In this document: piece after piece, positions 20,084 through 30,158 of the stretch | Numbering within the stretch: the stretch's first letter is position 1 | Layout of the letters: every line of letters begins with the position of its first letter | Origin: a bacterium | Lineage (GTDB): Archaea; Thermoplasmatota; E2; JACPAO01; JAHFTW01 | Reading direction: 5' to 3' | Length of the DNA stretch: 64,000 nucleotides | Assembly: GCA_040390065.1 (NCBI GenBank) | Contig: JAZJZE010000009.1 | Location: 544,713 to 608,712, forward strand | Program-made: the position numbers and the translations under genes | Notes under the pieces: generated by a model | The model's input: only the letters and a program-made list of their open reading frames with translations | Database searches by the model: none | What the model was told of the DNA's origin: nothing

Positions 20084-20908
20084 GTGGCGGAAGAGGGACG
20101 CGATGCACCCCGGCAGGGCACGCACACCTCCGCCCGACCGGCCGCAACCGACGCGGAGAAGGAGGCGGTCTCCTACGAGATGCTGCAGGACCTCCTGCGC
20201 TCCGAGCGGCGCAGCAACAAACTCATGCCGGTGACGGCGCGCTTCTGGTTCCTCGTGCGCGAATTCCTGGAGGCGGTCACGAACGAGTTCCGGGCCGAGC
20301 AGGCGAAGGACCCCTTCAGCCGCAAGGTCATGCTTCTGACGGACGAAGTCAAGAACGCTCGTCACGCCGCCGAGTCGCTTTGGGCTTTGCGTGAACGCAA
20401 GCTCGCAATGTTGGCCCTGGCTGCGACGAAGGACCGCAAGCGCCCGGAAGGTGTCACGCCCGACGAGGCCGAACTGTACGATGGCTTCCTGCAGGCGCTT
20501 GGAACCGCCCGCACGCGGTTGTTCGACGGCCTCCTGCCGCCGCCCACGCTCCAGCCGCCGCCCGTCCCGGTCCCGAGTCCCGCACCCGGCGCGACGACGG
20601 CGCCGCCCGTGCAGATGCCGATCCAGGAGCCGCCGCGGCCTGACGCGAAGGCCCCAGTCATGTCGGTCCCGGTGGCACCGCCTCCTCCCGCGACGGCAGC
20701 CGGCGGCCCGGGTGTCCACGTCGTCCCCCACGACACCACCCAAACCGTGCAGATGGTCACCATCCGGGCCCTCGGCGACATTCCGCCTTTCGTCGGCCCC
20801 GACATGCAGACGTACCTGCTCAAGGCCGGCGACCTCGCAACGGTCCCGCCGAGCATCGCGAACCTGCTGGTGAGGCGAAACAAGGCGGCCATCGTCAACA
20901 TGGGCTGA
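20084..20908 (+). CDS. GINS subunit (Gins15/51-like) with Pro-rich linker
   Basis: RSERRSNKL...RERKL helical A domain; C-terminal IPPFVGPDMQTYLLKAGDLATVP B domain; located after priS. Confidence 0.88.
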   Translation: MAEEGRDAPRQGTHTSARPAATDAEKEAVSYEMLQDLLRSERRSNKLMPVTARFWFLVREFLEAVTNEFRAEQAKDPFSRKVMLLTDEVKNARHAAESLWALRERKLAMLALAATKDRKRPEGVTPDEAELYDGFLQALGTARTRLFDGLLPPPTLQPPPVPVPSPAPGATTAPPVQMPIQEPPRPDAKAPVMSVPVAPPPPATAAGGPGVHVVPHDTTQTVQMVTIRALGDIPPFVGPDMQTYLLKAGDLATVPPSIANLLVRRNKAAIVNMG

Positions 20909-20921
20909 ATCCGCCCGCTCG

Positions 20922-21011
20922 GGTCAACAGATGCTCGAGATGACGACGGCTTTTCCGTCACGACTTCGCCTCCGTCGTCGGCATCGGTTTCATCGGTTCA
21001 ATCTGTTGACC
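20922..21011. repeat. Intergenic palindrome with 9-nt triplet (CATCGGTTT)
   Basis: GGTCAACAGAT (20922-32) pairs with ATCTGTTGACC (21001-11); triplet at 20982-21008. Confidence 0.75.
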
Positions 21012-21075
21012 AGGAGTCGTCTCGGGGGCGACGCGACATCACCTCCAAATAGGCCCGCGAAACTCGCCGAGAACG

Positions 21076-21423
21076 ATGCCCGACCGCACCCCCTTCCGCA
21101 AGCAGCCGTTCTCGGATGAGGAAGCGGAGAAACTGTACCACAACTCGCACGACCTTCGCGAGATGTACACGCGGGAGAACACGGAACGCCGCCGCGCCGG
21201 GGCGCACACGCTTCGCCGCTACCTGACGACGGCGCAGGATAAGCTTCTCACCGCCCACATGACGAAGATCCGCGACGAGTACGAGACAGCCAACAACGAC
21301 GACGTCGTCGTGGTGTTCGTGCAGAAGGCCATCGCCGAGGGAAAGACAGCCGAGTTTGCTCCGCAGCTCGTGGAGTATGCGAAGAAGGCCGTCGTGCCGA
21401 AGCGGACGACGCCGGTATACTAG
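21076..21423 (+). CDS. Hypothetical protein
   Basis: 115-aa ORF with host-like codon usage. Confidence 0.7.
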   Translation: MPDRTPFRKQPFSDEEAEKLYHNSHDLREMYTRENTERRRAGAHTLRRYLTTAQDKLLTAHMTKIRDEYETANNDDVVVVFVQKAIAEGKTAEFAPQLVEYAKKAVVPKRTTPVY

Positions 21424-21554
21424 TCGGCGTTCAGGCTAAATACCACCTCCGTGTCGCCAACCTTGCCTTCCGTAGATTTCCCCGCCACCGCATCCCTTGG
21501 GAGCGGACGTCGGGACAGTCTTCGCCGTTGGAAGGCCGGCGAAGGTGTGATACC

Positions 21555-21851
21555 ATGAAACTCCCCCGCACCGTGAAGCGGTACTGCCCTTCGGCCAAGT
21601 GCCAGAAGCACCAGGACCACGACGTCGAACGCGTCAAGAAACGCCGCGCCAGTGAACTCAGCTGGGGTCAGAGGCGGTTCCGCAAGGTCACCTCCGGTTA
21701 CACGGGTTTCCCCCGTCCGAAGCCCGAGGGCCGCGAGAAGCCGACGAAGCGCATCTTCCTGAAGTACGTCTGCAAGGTGTGCAAGAAGGCCCACCAGCCG
21801 GCCGCCTTCCGCGCCAAGAAGTTCGAACTCATCGAGGTGAAGGGCAAATGA
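21555..21851 (+). CDS. rpl44e: 50S ribosomal protein L44e
   Basis: [15 protein letters not shown]...GQRRF...KPTKR...CKVCKKAH. Confidence 0.97.
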   Translation: MKLPRTVKRYCPSAKCQKHQDHDVERVKKRRASELSWGQRRFRKVTSGYTGFPRPKPEGREKPTKRIFLKYVCKVCKKAHQPAAFRAKKFELIEVKGK

Positions 21852-22024
21852 CCGCAATCCGTGCTCAATTCGTGAAAGTGAAGTGCGGCGACTGCGGCAA
21901 CGAGCAGATCGCCTTCAACCGCGCGGCCACCAAGGTCAACTGCCTCGTCTGCGGCGCAACCCTTGCGACGCCGACCGGCGGCGAGGCCAAGTTCAAGGCG
22001 GAAATCACGCACACGTTCGATTAG
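21848..22024 (+). CDS. rps27e: 30S ribosomal protein S27e
   Basis: [13 protein letters not shown]...[14 protein letters not shown]. Confidence 0.97.
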   Translation: MTAIRAQFVKVKCGDCGNEQIAFNRAATKVNCLVCGATLATPTGGEAKFKAEITHTFD

Positions 22025-22039
22025 TCTTGCGTCCAACGG

Positions 22040-22203
22040 TGTCCAGGTTTGGCCCTTAGCGCAAGCTCGGCCAGCATTGGAATCCACAGAATCCTGCGTC
22101 GAAGCGCTGTCAAGGTTTGGCCCCCGCGCCGAGCTCGCCCAGCATTGGAATCCACCGAATCCACAGAAAGTAGCGGGCGGTTTCGGTGGATTCAGTGGAT
22201 TCC
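22040..22203. repeat. 55-bp direct repeat pair plus 23-bp hairpin of GAATCCAC(C/A) 9-mers
   Basis: 22040-22094 is similar to 22108-22162; arms 22147-22169 and 22181-22203 are inverted with 2 mismatches. Confidence 0.85.
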
Positions 22204-22221
22204 TGTTTCAGTGGGGCCGCG

Positions 22222-22689
22222 TTAAGCCAGCAATAGGACGGCGGCCGTGAGGCCAATCCCAGCGACAAAGGTCCACCAAAGGAGGCTCTCCCGATGCCCC
22301 GCGCGGCGCCATTCCTCGGACGGCACGCCCTCCTTCATCGCTTGCATCAGCCGGAAAGAACTGGCCAAACCCATGGCGATGAACGAGCCGCACAGAGCCC
22401 AGCCTGCGGCGACGGCTATCCATGCGGCCCAGGCGGCACCCTCGGGCTTGACCCACACCGCTACGACGACGAGGCCAACGAGCAGGAAAATCGGGTAAAG
22501 CCCCCAGAACCAGACGCGGTCGCGACGCCACAATGCTTCGACGCGAGCGTCGTTGTCGGCGCGGAAGTCGACACGCCATACACCGAAGCGTTCGCGTTCG
22601 AGGCGGATCTGGCGGCCATGGGCCTTGGCCGAGATGAGGATCAGCGCGAGAGTGGCGACGGTTTCGGCGGCCAGGGCCCAATCGCGCAC
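22222..22689 (-). CDS. Hypothetical membrane protein inserted antisense in the ribosomal cluster
   Basis: About 4 TM segments, Trp-rich; GTG start inferred. Confidence 0.65.
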   Translation of the reverse strand: MRDWALAAETVATLALILISAKAHGRQIRLERERFGVWRVDFRADNDARVEALWRRDRVWFWGLYPIFLLVGLVVVAVWVKPEGAAWAAWIAVAAGWALCGSFIAMGLASSFRLMQAMKEGVPSEEWRRAGHRESLLWWTFVAGIGLTAAVLLLA

Positions 22690-22747
22690 AACCCTGGAGA
22701 AAACCGGTCCCCTAAAGCCTGATATCAGAGACGCTTCTCCCCAAACC

Positions 22748-23551
22748 GTGGCTAAACTCAACCCCTTCCCTGAGGAGGGCGAACTCGTCGTCGGTACCGT
22801 GCGCGAGGTGCAGAACTTCGGCGCCTTCGTGACGCTCGAGGAGTACAAGGGCAAGGAGGGCTTCTGCCACATCCGCGAAGTCGCTCCGGGTTGGGTGAAG
22901 CGCATCCGCGACTACGTGCGCGAGAAGCAGCGCGTCGTGTGCAAGGTCATGGGTGTCGACGCCAAGAAGGGCCATATCGACCTCAGCATCAAGGCCGTCA
23001 ACGACCACCAGAAGCGCGAGACCATCCAGGCGTGGAAGAACGAGCAGAAGGCGGACAAGTTCCTCGAGATCATGGCGGAGCGCGAGAAGACCACGGTCGA
23101 GGCGCTCATGGCCACGTTCGGCCGCGACGTCATCGCCAAGTTCGGGACACTTTACCAGGCCTTCGTCGAATCCGCCGAACTCGGCGCAGAGGCGCTGGAG
23201 CAAGAGGGCCTGAAGGGTCCGTGGGTCGCGTCGTTCGTGGCGTTCGCGCAGGAGAACATCCAGGCGCAGTTCGTCGACATCGCCGGCTACGTGGACATCC
23301 AGAGCCCCCTGCCCGACGGCGTGAAGCACGTGTCCAAGGCGCTCAAGCAGGCGGAGAAGTCCGAGTTCGAGGACGTCACCATCGAGGTCGCCTACATGGG
23401 GGCGCCGCACTACCGCGTCACCGTCCGAGCGCCCGATTTCAAGATTGCCGAGACGGAATTGGAGAAGGCGGCGGAGCGCGCCGTCGACGCCATCAAGAAG
23501 GCGGGCGGGTCCGGCTCCTTCCACCGCGAACTCGAGGTCAAGAAGGCCTAG
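22748..23551 (+). CDS. eif2a: Translation initiation factor aIF-2 alpha
   Basis: FPEEGELVVGTV...S1 domain...KGHIDLSIK...YMGAPHYR. Confidence 0.97.
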   Translation: MAKLNPFPEEGELVVGTVREVQNFGAFVTLEEYKGKEGFCHIREVAPGWVKRIRDYVREKQRVVCKVMGVDAKKGHIDLSIKAVNDHQKRETIQAWKNEQKADKFLEIMAEREKTTVEALMATFGRDVIAKFGTLYQAFVESAELGAEALEQEGLKGPWVASFVAFAQENIQAQFVDIAGYVDIQSPLPDGVKHVSKALKQAEKSEFEDVTIEVAYMGAPHYRVTVRAPDFKIAETELEKAAERAVDAIKKAGGSGSFHRELEVKKA

Positions 23552-23552
23552 G

Positions 23553-23729
23553 ATGACGAACGCCCTCATGCGGTATTGCGGCACCTGCTCCGAGTACACG
23601 CTGAAGGAGGCCTGCCCGCGCTGCGGCGGCAAGACGGCGCAGAAGACGCCGGCCAAGTTCAGTCCCGAGGACCATTACGGCGAGTACCGACGCAAGCTCA
23701 AGAAATTGGATGCGTCCGAGAAGGCGTAG
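23553..23729 (+). CDS. nop10: H/ACA RNP protein Nop10
   Basis: C..C..YTLKEACPRCGG...PAKFSPEDHYGEYRRKLK. Confidence 0.96.
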   Translation: MTNALMRYCGTCSEYTLKEACPRCGGKTAQKTPAKFSPEDHYGEYRRKLKKLDASEKA

Positions 23730-23740
23730 GGCATCGGTCC

Positions 23741-24124
23741 ATCGAAACCAACCAACTTGCGGCCACGTCAACCTCCGACGGCGGCGACGCGCACGAGGTG
23801 GCCGCTTGCTTGAGTTTGGGCGGCCTGGAAAAACAGTGAACCCCATGAAACGGCAGGCGACAGGACATCGGTTTCCCTGGGTTCGGGTGGTGCACTATTT
23901 TCCGCGGCCTCCCACACTCAGCGACGCCCCGCAAGCAAGATGAATCCCAGCCCCCCCGGCGGCCCCCGCGCGCTCGCTACGCATCGCGCACTGGCCTCGC
24001 CCTCGCACGCCCGCGCTGCGCTGCGGGCTGCTCGCCCCGACCGGGGGCCCGCTTCGCCTTTCCTCCATTCCCTCAAGGCGTCGGCGCCGTCGGAGGACGA
24101 CGGGAATGGCTCGGTGGCTTGGAC
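23741..24124 (-). repeat. Dispersed structured repeat family B, copy 1
   Basis: Reverse-complement homolog of 30159-30580; long internal hairpin. Confidence 0.85.
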
Positions 24125-24174
24125 AAGCAGGAATCAGTCCAATCCGTGCAATCCGTGGTTCGCGTGGGCGACGG

Positions 24175-25131
24175 CTAGTGCGCCATGCGTGCCAACTTTT
24201 CCGCCTTCGTTGGCTGGTGCACGTGCGTGATGAGGTGCGTCCATGCGAGGAGCCGCACGAGCCATGCGCCGGTGTCGACTTGCCACCATTTCATGCCGAT
24301 GTAGGCGGCGTTGGGGAAGGCGTGGTGGTTGTTGTGCCAGCCTTCGCCCCAGCCGAAGATGGCGACGATGGGGTTGTTGGCGCCGCGGTCGTTCGTCTTG
24401 AACGGGCGGCGGCCCGACATGTGGCCGATGGAGTTGACGCTCCACGTCGTGTGGTGCATGAGGCCGACGCGGATGAGGCCGCCCCAGACGAAGCAGTCGA
24501 AGGCGCCGGCAAGCGTTCCGTAGGCGAGGTAGCCGATGATGGCGGGCAGCACAAGAGAGAATGTGGTCCAGAAGACCCAGGTACGTGTGAAGAACGCGAC
24601 CACCTTGTCCTGCATGAGCTTCTCGTAGGCGAGTCCGCCGTAGACCATGCGGTCCTTGAGCATCCATCCCATGTGTGCGTGCCAGAAGCCTTCCAGTGGG
24701 CTGTGGGGGTCGCCGGGCCGGTCGGCCTTGGCGTGGTGGCGCAGGTGCGTTGCCGCCCAACCGGCTGGCGGGCCTTCGAGGGCCATCGTGCCGGCCATGA
24801 GGAGTCCGATCTTCGCGGGGGTCTTGGCGGTAAAGGCGCGGTGGGTGAGCATGCGGTGGAAGCCGACGCTGACGCCGAGGCCGGTCAGGAGCCAGCCGCC
24901 GATGAGGAGGCCAATCTCGAGCCAGCCGACGCCATGGCCCCAGAGGCGCCACCCGGCGTAGCCGAGGGCCAGCAGGGGGAGGAAGACGATGACCAGGATG
25001 AGGAGCTTGCCCCACCACGGGTCGTGGCCGAAGGGGAACGGGTCCTGGCCCTTGTGTTCGCCTTCGTGGGCCGTCTGGTCCCACTCCTGTTGTTCGGGGT
25101 CTTGGGCGTGCGCTTGGTTCGACATGGGCAT
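24175..25131 (-). CDS. Membrane fatty acid desaturase (delta-9/OLE1-DesC-like)
   Basis: His boxes HRMLTH, HLRHH and GEGWHNNHH, plus DPHSP. Confidence 0.93.
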   Translation of the reverse strand: MPMSNQAHAQDPEQQEWDQTAHEGEHKGQDPFPFGHDPWWGKLLILVIVFLPLLALGYAGWRLWGHGVGWLEIGLLIGGWLLTGLGVSVGFHRMLTHRAFTAKTPAKIGLLMAGTMALEGPPAGWAATHLRHHAKADRPGDPHSPLEGFWHAHMGWMLKDRMVYGGLAYEKLMQDKVVAFFTRTWVFWTTFSLVLPAIIGYLAYGTLAGAFDCFVWGGLIRVGLMHHTTWSVNSIGHMSGRRPFKTNDRGANNPIVAIFGWGEGWHNNHHAFPNAAYIGMKWWQVDTGAWLVRLLAWTHLITHVHQPTKAEKLARMAH

Positions 25132-25325
25132 CCCTCCTGAGAGTCATCCGGAGGGCTGCTAACCGGGCGGACGCTGCTTCCAGATTGAAACCTATGTTCG
25201 CTGTGGAAGTGGTTAAGGCCGGAGGTTAGGGGAACGGCTGCTGGTATCCTGCGCGACACCAAGGAGGTCTCCCGGCCGAGAAGAAACGAATGTGGAACGA
25301 GGGGAAGAGGAAGCGTTGGAGGTTC

Positions 25326-26075
25326 TCAGTCGTCGCCCTTGGCGTGGCGGCTGCGCTCGTCTTCGGCGTCGCGTTCGCGCATGCGCTCGCGGCGTTCGTC
25401 GTCGTGCGGCCGGTCGCCCTTCTCGCTCTCGAGATGCAGGACGGGCTTCAGCATCCACTTGCCGTTGCCGGTCTGGTGGAGGCTGCGGTCGAGGTCGAAG
25501 TCGATGGTGAGCTTCGTCTCCTTTCCGTCGTCGACGGTGAAGTGTCCCTTGATGCGCAGGTTGTGGCCCGGCACGGTCACGTTCGCCGTGCTGCCATCCT
25601 TGAGCGTGAGGCTCGCGGAGTCGACGGTGAGGCGGATCTGGTTGTAGGCGCCGACGGGTACGTCCGCGTCGCCCAGGAAGGCGCTTGCCGAGCCGTTGAA
25701 GGCCAGCAGGTCGACCGTGGTGGGCTTGTCCATGACCGTGATCCAGGCGCTCTCGTTGTCCGTGTCGTTGTCCTGTTGGACCTCGATGCTGATGGCGATG
25801 CGGCCGTGACCCGGTGCGGCGGAGACGTTGGCGCGCGCCGATTCATCGTCGCGTTCCTTCTCCTCCCGCTCCTGCTCCTCGCGTTCGGAATCGTTGTCGG
25901 TCTGGTGCAACTGCACCTTGCTGAACGTGACGTACACATGCGTCACGTCGTCGGTGGGGGCGTCCTTGACGAAGACGGAAGCCGTGCCCGTGGACCCGCT
26001 GGCTGACATGCAGCCGGCAAGGGCGGTGACTGCCAACGTCGCGACGAGGGCGATGCCGATGGTTCGATGGTTCAT
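25326..26075 (-). CDS. DUF4382-like lipoprotein
   Basis: Lipobox LAGC; VKDAP...VDLL...YNQIRL...LTIDFDLDRSL...LKPV. Confidence 0.85.
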   Translation of the reverse strand: MNHRTIGIALVATLAVTALAGCMSASGSTGTASVFVKDAPTDDVTHVYVTFSKVQLHQTDNDSEREEQEREEKERDDESARANVSAAPGHGRIAISIEVQQDNDTDNESAWITVMDKPTTVDLLAFNGSASAFLGDADVPVGAYNQIRLTVDSASLTLKDGSTANVTVPGHNLRIKGHFTVDDGKETKLTIDFDLDRSLHQTGNGKWMLKPVLHLESEKGDRPHDDERRERMRERDAEDERSRHAKGDD

Positions 26076-26173
26076 GTTGTTCGCACCTGCCTTGTCCCTG
26101 CGCGGGACGGCATATAGGGCATATCGGTCATTTGTCGAAGAAACGCGCGATGGCGGTTGCCGCAAACGAAAGT

Positions 26174-27544
26174 CTACGGCGTGACCCGTGTCACGTCGCG
26201 CGGGAACAGGATTGCTTCGCGGATATTGGGCAATCCCAGCATCATCATGAGAATCCGTTCGATGCCGATGCCGCAGCCGCCATGCGGTGGCATGCCGTAC
26301 TTGAACGCCTCGAGGTAGGCCATGAAGTCCTTCGGGTCGAGACCCCAGCGCCGGATGCCTTGCTCCAGGAGGACGGGGTCGTGGATGCGTTGGCCGCCGC
26401 TGATGAGTTCGACGCCGCGGTAGTCCAGGTCGAAGCCGCGGCACAGGCGTGAGTCCATCGTGCCGTCTTCGGGCATGACGTAGAACGGCTTGGGGGCAAG
26501 AGGCCACTTCGTGATGAAGTAGAAATCGTGGCCCTCGCGCTTCATGGCACGCCACAGCACTTTCTCGGCGGCGCTCCCGATGTCGTCGCCGAACTTCAGT
26601 TCCGCCATGCGCAAGTCGGCGTCGAGGTCCGCGGCCTTGAGTTCCTGGTTGATGATGGCAAGCGCATCCTCGTACGGGACGCGGCGGAAGGGTTGGCGCG
26701 GCACCTTGACGTCGGCGCCGAGGACGGCGACCTCGTCCGGCGTCTCCGTCACGACTTCGGCCCAGATGTGGCTGAGGAGCCCCTCGATGCTCTGCATGAC
26801 GTCCTCCTCCGACTCGATGAAGGATTGCTCGATGTCGAACGCCGTGGACTCGTTCAGGTGCCGCACCGTGTTGTGCTTCTCGGCGCGGAAGTACCAGCCG
26901 ACCTCGAAGACCTTGTCCAGGCCGCCGGCCATCATCATCTGCTTGTACAACTGCGGGCTCTGCGCGAGGTACACCTTCTTGCCGAAGTAGTCGAACTTGT
27001 AGGTGTCCGTGCCGCCCTCCGACGAGGCTCCGAGGATGTTGGAGGTGTGGATCTCGGTGAAGCCGTTGGCGCGCAGCCACGTCGTTCCCGCCTCGATGAC
27101 CTTGGCGCGGATGGTGAAGATGGCCTTGCTGCGCGGGCCCCGCAGGTCGAGGAAGCGGTGGTCGAGGCGCGTGTCGAGGCCGGTCTCGATCTTGTCGTCC
27201 CAGACGGCGAACGGCAGCGGCGTCGCGGCGGCGTTGAGGACCTTTCCGCCCGTGGGGATGACCTCGAAGCCCGCCTTCGCCTTCTCCGTCTTCTGCACGA
27301 GGCCGGTGAGGCTCACGACGGATTCGGGTGTGAGGGCGACGATCTGGTCGAAGAGCGCACCGAGGCCCTTGCCCTGCATCTCCTCCTTCTTGCACACGAA
27401 CTGCACTTGCCCTGTCCGGTCGCGAAGGACCAGGAATGCCATGACGCCCTTGGCGCGCACGGCGTGCACCCAGCCAGCAAACGTCTGAGTCGTGCCGAAG
27501 TGCGCGGGCGTGACCTGGCCGCAGCCGAGGGTTCGGAGGGTCAT
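26174..27544 (-). CDS. aspS: Aspartyl-tRNA synthetase (archaeal type)
   Basis: TRLDHRFLDLR, LAQSPQLYKQ, FRAEKHNTVRHLNE and GMPPHGGCGIGIER motifs. Confidence 0.97.
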   Translation of the reverse strand: MTLRTLGCGQVTPAHFGTTQTFAGWVHAVRAKGVMAFLVLRDRTGQVQFVCKKEEMQGKGLGALFDQIVALTPESVVSLTGLVQKTEKAKAGFEVIPTGGKVLNAAATPLPFAVWDDKIETGLDTRLDHRFLDLRGPRSKAIFTIRAKVIEAGTTWLRANGFTEIHTSNILGASSEGGTDTYKFDYFGKKVYLAQSPQLYKQMMMAGGLDKVFEVGWYFRAEKHNTVRHLNESTAFDIEQSFIESEEDVMQSIEGLLSHIWAEVVTETPDEVAVLGADVKVPRQPFRRVPYEDALAIINQELKAADLDADLRMAELKFGDDIGSAAEKVLWRAMKREGHDFYFITKWPLAPKPFYVMPEDGTMDSRLCRGFDLDYRGVELISGGQRIHDPVLLEQGIRRWGLDPKDFMAYLEAFKYGMPPHGGCGIGIERILMMMLGLPNIREAILFPRDVTRVTP

Positions 27545-27586
27545 CGCGAGTTTGCACCCGATGCGGCGCTTAAGGGCAGCGGCGCC

Positions 27587-28156
27587 TTACTTCGCCTTCT
27601 TGCTGGCCGCCTTCGGGGTTGGCGGGGCTGCGGGTGGGGCAGCGGCCATGGGCTGCGCGGCGGGACGAGCCATCATGAGTTGCACCATGGGCCAGGCGAG
27701 GACGAGGCAAAGCGCCGCGGCAAACAGGGTGAGGGGCGCCGCGCCGCCGTAATCGGATGCCGGGGTCGTGAAGGCCAGGATGGCCGTCAAGGCTGCGATG
27801 GCAAGCCCGGCCTGGAACAGCCAGGCGGGCGACAGCGACGGCCGGCGCACGTACAGGATCACGCCGACGGGGACGAGGCAAGCCAGGACCGTGAGGGCAA
27901 GGCGGATGTCGCCGACGCTGGGGATGATGGTCTTGTTGTTGCCGTAGACCGGGAAGTTGAGGAGCGGGACGAGGCCGACGAGAAGGGTCACAATTCCCAG
28001 GACGAGGTTGGTTCGGCCACGGGAAAGCAAGACGAGAACCCCGGTCACCATGATGGCCGCCACGTCGACCAGCGGCACGACGTCCCCGCCGACGACAAGG
28101 GATGCCGCGCCAAGGACGGCGCACACGGTTCCAGCAATGGGCAGGGCTTTGCTCAT
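27587..28156 (-). CDS. Hypothetical membrane protein
   Basis: About 6 TM segments with an Ala/Pro/Lys tail. Confidence 0.7.
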   Translation of the reverse strand: MSKALPIAGTVCAVLGAASLVVGGDVVPLVDVAAIMVTGVLVLLSRGRTNLVLGIVTLLVGLVPLLNFPVYGNNKTIIPSVGDIRLALTVLACLVPVGVILYVRRPSLSPAWLFQAGLAIAALTAILAFTTPASDYGGAAPLTLFAAALCLVLAWPMVQLMMARPAAQPMAAAPPAAPPTPKAASKKAK

Positions 28157-28291
28157 GCCATCAGATTGACGACCGTGATAGAAACGCTTCGCACGCGACG
28201 CGGCGGCACGAAACGGACGGCCGGCGCATCTGGGCTGAACCGAATCGGCGCGTTCCATGCGTGGCAGCCCGGAGAGCAATCTGCGCAAGAT

Positions 28292-29950
28292 TCACTCGCG
28301 GTTGCCCTTGAAGCCCTCGCTCCAGAACACCATGACGAGGATCCATGCGACCAGGATGGCTCCGGCGCCGAAGAGGAATTGGCCGACGCGCGCCGACGGC
28401 GCCGCCGACGAGTAGACGAGGGCGAGGCCGAGGACCAGCGCGGCGGCCATGATCGTGAACCCGGTCTTGAGGATACCGCGGCCTTGCGCTGACTTGATGC
28501 CCTCGAGGCCCGCGACCTCGACGCGCGTCGTGAGTTCGTTGCGCTCGATCTTGCGCAGTACCGTGTTGAGGGTGTGCGGCAACGTCCGGCCGAACTTGAG
28601 AAGCTCTGTCAGCGCCTCCTGCACCATCTCCTTCTGCGCGCCCGGGCTGGAGATGTTCTTCCAGGCGACGTCGGCCACGAACGGGTCGAGGACCTCCACG
28701 AGCTCGAAGTCGGGGTCGAGGGTTCGGCAGATGCCCTCGAACTGGAACAGCGCCCGCGTGATGAGCGCGAAGTCCGGGGGCAGGAGCATGCGGTGGCTGC
28801 GCGCCAGGCCCACGATGAGGTCCATGAGGACCGGGTCGGCCACCGAGACCTGCTCCCGGTCGATGTAGTCCATGATGCGCTCGACGTCGGCGCGCAACCG
28901 CTTGGAATCGACTTCCGCCCGCTGGTCGCAAAGGTCGAGGATGGCTTCGACGGTCCCTTCCACGTGGCCGCCGCCCAACGCCGTGATGAGTTGCAAGATC
29001 GTCTTCGCGCGGCGCTCCGAGACGATGCCGACGGCGCCGAAATCGAGGAAGGCGACGACGTTCCCGGGCAGGATGAGGATGTTGCCCGGCGACGGGTCCG
29101 CGTGGAAGACGCGGTCCACGAAGATCTGCTTCGCCATGGATTCCGTGAGAATGCGCGCCACACTCGGCCCGTCGACGCGCGACAGGGCAAGGGGCCCGGT
29201 GAGCTTCACGCCGTCCATGAACTCCATCACGAGGACCCGCTTGCTGCACAGCTCAGGGACGACTTCCGGGATGCGGACCTTGCTGTTGCCACGACAGTTG
29301 TCCGCAATGCGCTGCGTGTTGCGCATCTCGTAGCGGTAGTCCAGTTCGCGCTCCATCATGAGGCGCAGCTCCTCCAGGTGGTCGGATGGTTGCCAGACCC
29401 GCGAGCCGGCGAAGGTCTTCTCCACGAAGGTGACCAGCCTCCGGAGAATGCGGAAGTCGGCCTCCATCTCCTCCTCGATGTCCGAGTGCTGCACCTTCAC
29501 CGCGACGCGGCGTCCGTCCCGGAGTGTCGCCTCGTGGACTTGCCCGATGGACGCGCTCGCGATGGGAACGGGGTTGAATGCGGCGAAAACCTCGCTCGCG
29601 TCGCGGCCCAACTCGGCGCGGATGATGCGGGCCACCTCGTTTGGCGACGTGGCCGGCGCCTGGTCGTACAGCTTACGGAACTCCTCGACGTACTCCTTCT
29701 CCAGGAGATCGGGGCGCGTGGCCAGCAGTTGGCCGAGCTTGATGAAGGTCGGGCCAAGTTGCTCGAGGAGCTTCCGGGTCCGCACCGGCGCGGGCTCCAG
29801 GTTCTCGGGCTGCGCCTTGCCGCGAAGGACCGTCGACAGGAGTCCCCACGCGTTGTTGCGAATCAGGATGGTGAGGATCTCGTTGAAGCGCGAACGACGG
29901 CGCCGCACGGCGAGGGCTTCCGCGACGGCTTCGGGCACGGTGTGGGCCAT
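28292..29950 (-). CDS. UbiB/ABC1 atypical kinase family protein
   Basis: LGPTFIKLGQLLATRPDL, ASASIGQVH, VAVKVQ, FHADPSPGN and LDFG motifs. Confidence 0.95.
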   Translation of the reverse strand: MAHTVPEAVAEALAVRRRRSRFNEILTILIRNNAWGLLSTVLRGKAQPENLEPAPVRTRKLLEQLGPTFIKLGQLLATRPDLLEKEYVEEFRKLYDQAPATSPNEVARIIRAELGRDASEVFAAFNPVPIASASIGQVHEATLRDGRRVAVKVQHSDIEEEMEADFRILRRLVTFVEKTFAGSRVWQPSDHLEELRLMMERELDYRYEMRNTQRIADNCRGNSKVRIPEVVPELCSKRVLVMEFMDGVKLTGPLALSRVDGPSVARILTESMAKQIFVDRVFHADPSPGNILILPGNVVAFLDFGAVGIVSERRAKTILQLITALGGGHVEGTVEAILDLCDQRAEVDSKRLRADVERIMDYIDREQVSVADPVLMDLIVGLARSHRMLLPPDFALITRALFQFEGICRTLDPDFELVEVLDPFVADVAWKNISSPGAQKEMVQEALTELLKFGRTLPHTLNTVLRKIERNELTTRVEVAGLEGIKSAQGRGILKTGFTIMAAALVLGLALVYSSAAPSARVGQFLFGAGAILVAWILVMVFWSEGFKGNRE

Positions 29951-30158
29951 GGCCTGCGTCGGTTTAAGAAAGAAGGGGGCGGCGCCCGCCCCGACTTCTC
30001 CACAGATTTCGCGGAATCGTCGGTCTGCATTCGGGCGAGCTCTTGCACGTCCTGCACGCACTCCGACTGGGAGCAGATTCCGCCGATTGACGTTCAGGCC
30101 TGCTCCGGTTCGAACCACCGAACGCACAGAACATACCGAACCGCCGGGGAACCTACGT

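Noticed and set aside
21424-21550. Possible minus-strand gene remnant upstream of rpl44e
   Set aside because: Too short, with no supported start or recognisable motif.
22040-22203. Mini-CRISPR or tRNA
   Set aside because: Only two imperfect 55-bp copies with a 13-bp gap; no cloverleaf or T-loop.
25326-27557. Long alternative-frame and antisense ORFs (e.g. 743 aa here, 763 aa at 18452-20743, 866 aa at 59098-61698)
   Set aside because: Shadow ORFs of real genes in a GC-rich genome; only the sub-segments with recognisable domains were kept.
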